This document shows, piece after piece, positions 58,284 through 64,000 of a stretch of 64,000 nucleotides of DNA. The DNA lies in the NCBI GenBank assembly GCA_013204385.1, contig JABMNY010000003.1:14270-78269 (forward strand), given 5' to 3'. This DNA is from Candidatus Uhrbacteria bacterium (GTDB taxonomy: Bacteria; Patescibacteriota; Patescibacteriia; UBA9934; GWF2-40-263). The notes under the pieces were generated by a model. It was not told where the DNA came from. It saw only the letters and a list, made by a program, of their open reading frames with translations, and did not search any database. Position numbers and translations under genes: made by a program. Position 1 is the stretch's first letter. Each line of letters begins with the position of its first letter.

Positions 58284-58829
58284 ATGGCAAAACAGACAGC
58301 CAATTTTGGACGACGATGGTTTGCGATCCACACCTACTCAGGATACGAGGAAAACGTGATGGAAAACTTGAACCAGCGTATTGAAACAATGGACATGGAA
58401 GAAAAGATCTTCAGTGTTCTTGTTCCGAAAGAAAAGAAAATTAAAATCAAGAACGGAAAACGAAAAGTCATCGAAGAAAAGATTTTTCCTGGATATGTTC
58501 TTGTGGAGATGCTCGTAACCGATGATTCTTGGTACGTTGTTCGAAACACCCCAAACGTCACAGGTTTTATTGGAACAGGAACCACTCCAACACCAATCGC
58601 AGAGGAAGAAATGGAAGCGCTTAAAAAACGCATGGGAGTGGATGAGCCTGAATTTAAGATGGATGTCGAAAAAGGATCTTCTATTCAAATCACAGACGGA
58701 CCATTTAAAGGTCAAGAAGGAAAAGTATCTGAAGTTGACGAAGAACGTGGAAAAGTCAAAGTGCTTGTTAACCTCTTTGGTCGAGAAACACCTGTGGAAC
58801 TCGACTTCTTGCAAGTTAAGAAGATTTAA
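58284..58829 (+). CDS. nusG: Transcription factor NusG
   Basis: HTYSGYE, FPGYVLV, VRNTPNVTGF, KOW DGPF, FGRETPVEL. Confidence 0.97.
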   Translation: MAKQTANFGRRWFAIHTYSGYEENVMENLNQRIETMDMEEKIFSVLVPKEKKIKIKNGKRKVIEEKIFPGYVLVEMLVTDDSWYVVRNTPNVTGFIGTGTTPTPIAEEEMEALKKRMGVDEPEFKMDVEKGSSIQITDGPFKGQEGKVSEVDEERGKVKVLVNLFGRETPVELDFLQVKKI

Positions 58830-58834
58830 CCTCT

Positions 58835-59338
58835 ATGCCTCCTCGTCGCATTCTTGAAATTGGACCAGGACCCAGTCCTCTCCATCATCGAGGAATAGAA
58901 AACTCCCTGCAACTAAAGGACAATGAAGAGTATCACGGCATTGACTCACACGAAGGAATGTCTGAAAGAACCGTCTGGAAGCAAGCAAAGGAAGAATATG
59001 GAGATCGTGTGTTTCTGTATCAAGGGGATCGCACTGACCTCCATCAAATTGCAAACAACAGCATGGACGAACTTGTCGCTCTAGGAACCTATGGTCGAAA
59101 CGGAAAAGCCGTTCGCGAGTTTGATCGTGTTCTTAAAGAAGGTGGAAAACTTCTGTTGGGAACCAACACATCAAATGAACAGGCACTTCGTGAATCTTGG
59201 GGAGCCCGTCTTGAGCGACGTGGGTATCAAGAACTTCCCTCCAAAACAAAGCGATATACCCATAAAGGAAATACTTCTGCTGAATCTCCTTTTATCGTCC
59301 TGGTTTGGCAAAAAGGCTATTCTGAGGAATCGCATTGA
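58835..59338 (+). CDS. Class I SAM-methyltransferase-like protein
   Basis: ILEIGPG, YHGID, QGD, RVLKEGGKL motifs. Confidence 0.65.
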   Translation: MPPRRILEIGPGPSPLHHRGIENSLQLKDNEEYHGIDSHEGMSERTVWKQAKEEYGDRVFLYQGDRTDLHQIANNSMDELVALGTYGRNGKAVREFDRVLKEGGKLLLGTNTSNEQALRESWGARLERRGYQELPSKTKRYTHKGNTSAESPFIVLVWQKGYSEESH

Positions 59339-59419
59339 CAAAAAACCCATTTCCATCAATAATCACCCCGTTAATCCTTAGCTGTGGTTGCCTGTAAAAT
59401 AGGAATCCACTTAAAAAGT

Positions 59420-59842
59420 ATGGCAAAAAAACTTGTTACTCAAATCAAATTGCAGGTTCCAGGTGGAGCAGCAACTCCAGCCCCTCCAATTGGACCAGCG
59501 CTTGGACAGCATGGTCTCCCTATTCAAGAGTTCGTTGTTCGTTTTAACAACGACACACAAGATCGACGTGGAGAAATTGTTCCAGTGGTCATCTCTGTGT
59601 ACGACGATCGAACATTCGACTTCATTTTAAAGACTGCCCCGGCGTCTGACATGATTTTGAAAGCAGCGGGCATCAAAAAAGGATCAGGAAATCCTTTGAC
59701 GACAAAAGTTGGATCTATCACCCAGGCGCAACTCAAAGAAATCGCAGAGAAGAAAATGCCTGACCTCAATACAAATGACACAGAAGCTGCCATGAAAATC
59801 ATTGCAGGGACCTGTCGTCAGATGGGAGTCGAAATCAAGTAG
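59420..59842 (+). CDS. rplK: 50S ribosomal protein L11
   Basis: [29 protein letters not shown]. Confidence 0.97.
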   Translation: MAKKLVTQIKLQVPGGAATPAPPIGPALGQHGLPIQEFVVRFNNDTQDRRGEIVPVVISVYDDRTFDFILKTAPASDMILKAAGIKKGSGNPLTTKVGSITQAQLKEIAEKKMPDLNTNDTEAAMKIIAGTCRQMGVEIK

Positions 59843-59969
59843 AGACCTCTACAAAAGCGCGTCTTTTCGTCTCACGGGCACCCGCTGACCCCGTTCTCCC
59901 TACGTTTTAGTAGGGTTCTCGGTTTCAGCAGCCCGTTCAACGAAAATCCATCACTTTTTCAGAGGTCTC
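59842..59969 (+). mobile_element. 128-bp palindromic element (MITE/ERIC-like), copy B, in the rplK-rplA spacer
   Basis: GAGACCTCT...AGAGGTCTC ends flanked by gta/gta; matches 11337-11464. Confidence 0.7.
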
Positions 59970-59991
59970 GTAAGTCTAATCATTCATTACT

Positions 59992-60029
59992 GTGGGAGGT
60001 GTGAGATACTCTCAGACCGACCGAACCAC
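59992..60029 (+). promoter_or_regulatory. Candidate L1-binding (rplA autoregulatory) site
   Basis: GTGGGAGG...CCG..AACCAC arrangement resembling L1 operators found just upstream of rplA. Confidence 0.5.
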
Positions 60030-60036
60030 TACCTGT

Positions 60037-60720
60037 ATGCCAAGTAAACGTTTTCAAGCAGCCAAGACCCTTGTTGATAAAAACAAGGTCTACACAATCA
60101 CCGAAGCGATTGCCCTCACAAAGAAAGCGGCGACCGCCAAGTATGACGAAGCAATCGAACTTCACCTTCGTATCGGAATCGATCCAACAAAGTCAGACCA
60201 GCAAATTCGTGGAACCATTTCCCTTCCACATGGAACAGGAAAAACCAAGCGTGTTGCTGCGTTCGTAGAGGGAGACAAGGAAGCAGACGCAAAAGCTGCT
60301 GGGGCAGACATTGTTGGAGGAGAAGAACTCATCGCAACAATTGCTGCAAAGGGAACCATCGACTTTGATGTCGCAGTTGCCACACCAGCCATGATGCCAA
60401 AACTTGCAAAGCTTGCTCGACTCTTAGGACCTCGTGGTCTGATGCCAAACCCAAAAACAGACACTGTTTCTCCAAACGTCACCAAGATGATTGAGGAGCA
60501 AAAGGCGGGTAAGGAAAGTTTTAAGAACGACAACACTGCAAACATCCACCAGATCTTTGGACGGAAGTCTTTCACAGAAGCACAACTCGAAGAAAACCTT
60601 CGAGCGCTCCTAGAAACACTGAAACGCATGAAGCCACAGTCTTCAAAAGGAATTTATTTGAAGAGTGCAACCATTGCGTCAACCATTGGTCCTGGAATCA
60701 AAGTAGATATAAACTCATAA
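60037..60720 (+). CDS. rplA: 50S ribosomal protein L1
   Basis: LPHGTGK, LGPRGLMPNPK, STIGPGIK. Confidence 0.97.
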   Translation: MPSKRFQAAKTLVDKNKVYTITEAIALTKKAATAKYDEAIELHLRIGIDPTKSDQQIRGTISLPHGTGKTKRVAAFVEGDKEADAKAAGADIVGGEELIATIAAKGTIDFDVAVATPAMMPKLAKLARLLGPRGLMPNPKTDTVSPNVTKMIEEQKAGKESFKNDNTANIHQIFGRKSFTEAQLEENLRALLETLKRMKPQSSKGIYLKSATIASTIGPGIKVDINS

Positions 60721-60727
60721 TCTCCAT

Positions 60728-60758
60728 AAAAACACCCGCCTTCTGGCGGGTGTTTTTT
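60728..60758. terminator. Bidirectional terminator after rplA
   Basis: aaaaacacccgcc-ttct-ggcgggtgtttttt. Confidence 0.8.
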
Positions 60759-61068
60759 ATGAACGACGACCACCAAACATCCCACCAAACCATCCTCTTC
60801 CTGTTTCTGTTTTTGTTTCAACCTGAGACTCTTTTAACATATCCTCTAATGGAATTTCTTTGATCAGTTGAGCTATCTCTGCACCAGAGGGTGGATTTGC
60901 GTGATCAAGACGTGCTTGTATTTCTTCAAGCGCTTGAACAAGTGCAGGAACATTTTGAAGCTGATACTTGGAACCTTGCATCAAACGATGATGATCAATA
61001 ATTGCTGTCGTTCTTTGAAGTTGCGCCTTCAACTCAAAAAGAACATCTTCTATCTCATTTCTTTTCAT
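60757..61068 (-). CDS. Hypothetical protein
   Basis: 103-aa ORF ending GRGWFGGMFGGRRS; convergent on the rplA terminator. Confidence 0.6.
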   Translation of the reverse strand: MKRNEIEDVLFELKAQLQRTTAIIDHHRLMQGSKYQLQNVPALVQALEEIQARLDHANPPSGAEIAQLIKEIPLEDMLKESQVETKTETGRGWFGGMFGGRRS

Positions 61069-61170
61069 ATGATCAAATTATATCATAGTGTTTTTGTAGA
61101 TAAAACCTGAAGGTACGTTGATTGACAGGATCACCTCATATTGCTAGCCTCACCCACAAGGAGGTGAACT

Positions 61171-61647
61171 GTGTTCAATTTACAAGATCCCCCACCACGT
61201 CGGTGGATCGAACCAACCATCAAGGAGTATACCGGTCCTGAACGGGTTGGAGTCCTTGCAATAAGTTTCATTGTCCAAGAACGCGACAAACATCCGGATC
61301 TGGCGCTGGCTCAGCGTATTGTCGGAGATCATCCCCACTTTCTCTACGGATCCAATGCTGGGAATCGCTACGCTCATGCAGGATGGGCTTATCTGACCCT
61401 TGGTCTGGACGATGAGGCTTGGCGAGTCCTTGTCACCATCGAGCGCACAGCCATGCACTTTCTCAAGATGAAAAGGTTCCCTGCTCCTACCCCTACTGCC
61501 CTCGTATTCATCTACACGGCACTGCGCATGGGAAAACTCGACTCCGCATATCTTGGAATCCAGCTCGCTCGCCTGCGCCGACTCACCTTCCAAGAAAAAG
61601 AAGATCTCTCAATGCTCGATCAAGCCTGCATCCAAGCAGCCATCTAG
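61171..61647 (+). CDS. Orphan helical (TPR-like?) protein
   Basis: SD AAGGAGGTG before GTG; TTGACA-17-TAGCCT promoter at 61122-61150; terminator downstream. Confidence 0.65.
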   Translation: MFNLQDPPPRRWIEPTIKEYTGPERVGVLAISFIVQERDKHPDLALAQRIVGDHPHFLYGSNAGNRYAHAGWAYLTLGLDDEAWRVLVTIERTAMHFLKMKRFPAPTPTALVFIYTALRMGKLDSAYLGIQLARLRRLTFQEKEDLSMLDQACIQAAI

Positions 61648-61671
61648 CACTGCCCCGTTCCAAACACGGGG

Positions 61672-61709
61672 ACCTGCCCACCAAAGCTCTTCGAGCGACG
61701 GTGGGTTTT
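61672..61709 (+). terminator. Terminator, repeated family copy 2
   Basis: acctgcccaccaaagctcttcgagcgacggtgggtttt; 34/38 identical to 35285-35322. Confidence 0.75.
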
Positions 61710-61743
61710 ATTATTTTCAAATCTGTGGCAGGCTAGAGGTACT

Positions 61744-62400
61744 ATGTCCATCCTTACACGATCTGAAATCACAAAACACATTACAGACCAACAGCTGGTA
61801 TTCACCCCCGCATTGGATCAGTTTCAACTCCAGCCACATGCAGTCGATCTTCGACTTGGCTACAAATTTCTCATACCACGCAACTGGACCGTGGATGAAA
61901 AAGGACGTCGTGCCATCAACATGTCGATCGATGACATCGATGCGCATCGCGATCAGTTCGATGAAGTCCAGCTCCAACCAGGACAATACTTCGATCTCCT
62001 CCCAAACGAATTCGTGATTGGGACAAGTCTCGAACGCATCGAAATAAACGCGATGAACCTGATGGCGATTCTCTTCCCTCGCACGAGCACAAACCGTCGT
62101 GGGATCGACCTCTCCCTTTCAGGCATCATCGACACCGGCTACAAGGGACACCTGATCTTCCCAATGAAGAACGAAGCGGGCGACCAAGTCATTCGCATCT
62201 ATCCAGGCGAGCGCGTCTGCCAAGTCATTTTCCAAGAACTCAACCACCCCCTCACCCCAGAAGAAGCCAACCTCCACGGCCTCTCTGCTGCCAAGTACAG
62301 CGGATCAGGTTCGCAAGGCTTCAAACTCGACAAAGACGAAGAGCGACAGATGCTCATCTCAGGAAAACTCGACGATTTGAAAAAGGAATACGGACTTTAA
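61744..62400 (+). CDS. dcd: dCTP deaminase
   Basis: QLQPHAVDLRLG, PRTSTNRRG, IDTGYKG, YPGERVCQVIF, KYSG. Confidence 0.85.
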   Translation: MSILTRSEITKHITDQQLVFTPALDQFQLQPHAVDLRLGYKFLIPRNWTVDEKGRRAINMSIDDIDAHRDQFDEVQLQPGQYFDLLPNEFVIGTSLERIEINAMNLMAILFPRTSTNRRGIDLSLSGIIDTGYKGHLIFPMKNEAGDQVIRIYPGERVCQVIFQELNHPLTPEEANLHGLSAAKYSGSGSQGFKLDKDEERQMLISGKLDDLKKEYGL

Positions 62401-62616
62401 ATAAAATCAGCCCAAAACGGGCTGATTTTTGTTTGGTTTGTCCCAAAATAGATTGACAAAAGACTGTTTTTATAGTACCTTTGCCTGTTCGCTTTTTTAT
62501 TCTGATCTTGTGAAACCAGCGCTCATTACGTTGATTTCGCCAGAGCAGAAAATGGCGGCGCAGGGAGGGTGGCGATAGCTTTCCCATGTGTATCCTTATC
62601 GCATTCGAGGTTTGTC

Positions 62617-64000
62617 ATGAAATTCAACACTTACGTTGGTTCCAACAACTGGAAGAAGGTTGAGATTCAGGTTCCAGACGGCAAATGGGCTCTGAGAATC
62701 AAGCTCTCGACTTCCCTGACTTCACACCCACAGGACAAGCGCTTCGGGATCAACCAAGAGGGACACTCGGACGCACGCCTGCGTCCACATACCCAGGTGG
62801 TCACTCGATTCGTACGAGTCCTAGGAGTGGCTGAAGATGCGGTCACGATCCACCAGATCAACGACCATCACGATCGAGAGTCCCACCACTGGATCAACGA
62901 TCTCGATCTCCTGCTCGTGTGTGATCAACCCTTCGCGGTTCTCACCATCAGTGACGACCAGGAATTCCCCAGCCAGAGTGGCTACCGACGAGCCAGCATC
63001 CGGGTCGCTCGGCAGGTCCACAAGGGTGAACTGTCGCAGACGTTCAGACCAGTCGTGCTCAGAAGCACCGAGAGCGACCTGCAGATCAATCATGCGCCGG
63101 TGCAATACGTTCAACTGAAGGATGTTGCACAAGCCATCAACATCGATCCCCTCGAATGTCTGCGCACCTTCGCTGTTGTCTCGCCCTCGAGCTACTACGA
63201 AGCGAATGCGTCGATCTCGCACCGGGGTGCACGGTATCGCATTTACGAGACTGTCCCACAGGGCGGTGACTGTACTGGTGCAAGTCAGTGGGGAGAGACA
63301 GCGATCAGCTGGGAAACCTTCCAGGCGAACATGAACACGAAGGGTTGGCATTCGGACCAGATCTTCATTCCCATGGCCTGGGCGCGCGACATTCTCATCC
63401 TCGCGCACTTCGGGTTCATCCCAGGAGTGAACGAGAAGCCGGAGCGTTCCTTCCTGATCAAGGCCGAACAGCCCGAACCCTACACTATCCTCGGACTCCT
63501 GCCTGTACTCCCGATCGACGAGATCCGAGAACTGCGGGGCTCCATCCAGAAGGCACGAACACCTGGAGAGTGGAACGCTCTGGTAAAAGCGACCCTGGGT
63601 CCCCAGAAACAGAGCGCGACGCACCCCAAAGACCGCCCCTTCACAGACAGAGACCGATCTGCCTTCGAGTGTTGGGTCGAGACCGTGACTGGTCATAGCA
63701 ACTGGGCTCAGGCGCAGGACCTCAACGACACCGGCAGTTTCGTCTACCACAACGACTTCCGTGTCCTGCGACTCTTCAACGATCGTCTCTCGATCGCAAC
63801 CAGCTTCTGGTCACGAGGTGGCGCAGATAAAGGACAGTACTGGGCCGGTTTCATCGCTGTACACCCAGAGATCGCTGTGGATCCCAGGCGTGAACCCGCG
63901 CTCTACAGGCTGATGATCTGGCCTGACCAGATCCTTCGCCAGACGCCAATCGGTGTGGAAGGAGGATTCTTCCCAGAGATCGAAGGCATCGAGCCCGAGA
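62617..64000 (+). CDS. Orphan protein (>460 aa, runs off window), absent from ORF track
   Basis: GAGGT SD; ATG 62617 (MKFNTYVGSNNWKKVEIQ...) stays open to the window end; TTGACA promoter at 62453. Confidence 0.75.
   Translation, partial: MKFNTYVGSNNWKKVEIQVPDGKWALRIKLSTSLTSHPQDKRFGINQEGHSDARLRPHTQVVTRFVRVLGVAEDAVTIHQINDHHDRESHHWINDLDLLLVCDQPFAVLTISDDQEFPSQSGYRRASIRVARQVHKGELSQTFRPVVLRSTESDLQINHAPVQYVQLKDVAQAINIDPLECLRTFAVVSPSSYYEANASISHRGARYRIYETVPQGGDCTGASQWGETAISWETFQANMNTKGWHSDQIFIPMAWARDILILAHFGFIPGVNEKPERSFLIKAEQPEPYTILGLLPVLPIDEIRELRGSIQKARTPGEWNALVKATLGPQKQSATHPKDRPFTDRDRSAFECWVETVTGHSNWAQAQDLNDTGSFVYHNDFRVLRLFNDRLSIATSFWSRGGADKGQYWAGFIAVHPEIAVDPRREPALYRLMIWPDQILRQTPIGVEGGFFPEIEGIEPE

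Noticed and set aside
62821-63750. 309-aa minus-strand ORF
   Set aside because: Antisense shadow of the longer plus-strand ORF that has a promoter and SD

Overview
Chromosomal segment of a small-genome bacterium. Gene content suggests Patescibacteria/CPR, probably Parcubacteria (inference from DUF4012, DUF3048, DUF4015-like genes, archaeal-type PyrH, short EF-Ts, NLPY-type PrmC and mostly SD-less housekeeping genes). The backbone is housekeeping: mreB, GT2 glycosyltransferases, tsaB, rplJL, pyrH, xseAB, metK-like, lexA/dinB, pcrA, mltG, nth, gap-pgk-eno-gpmI, rpsB-tsf, rpmE-prfA-prmC, rplY, rodA, gyrB, secE-nusG, rplKA, dcd. Scattered through it are self-contained orphan units, each with a sigma70-like promoter and an SD sequence, most with a terminator. 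The most notable is a three-gene operon at 18.9-21.4 kb: a coiled-coil protein with an E2-like C-terminus (HPHI-x6-C), an E1/ThiF enzyme and a ubiquitin-like beta-grasp protein ending in GS. This is a candidate minimal ubiquitin-like conjugation system with no JAB peptidase. Other highlights: a 128-bp hairpin element present in both the rplJ-rplL and rplK-rplA spacers; two repeat families shared by the 3' ends of unrelated orphan genes; a 77-bp tandem repeat with compensatory stem changes; GTTC-N7-GTTC boxes at the lexA promoter; a degenerate MetK; and a eukaryote-like PP2C. No rRNA, tRNA, CRISPR array, integrase or transposase was recognised. All calls come from reading motifs by eye; no database search was run.
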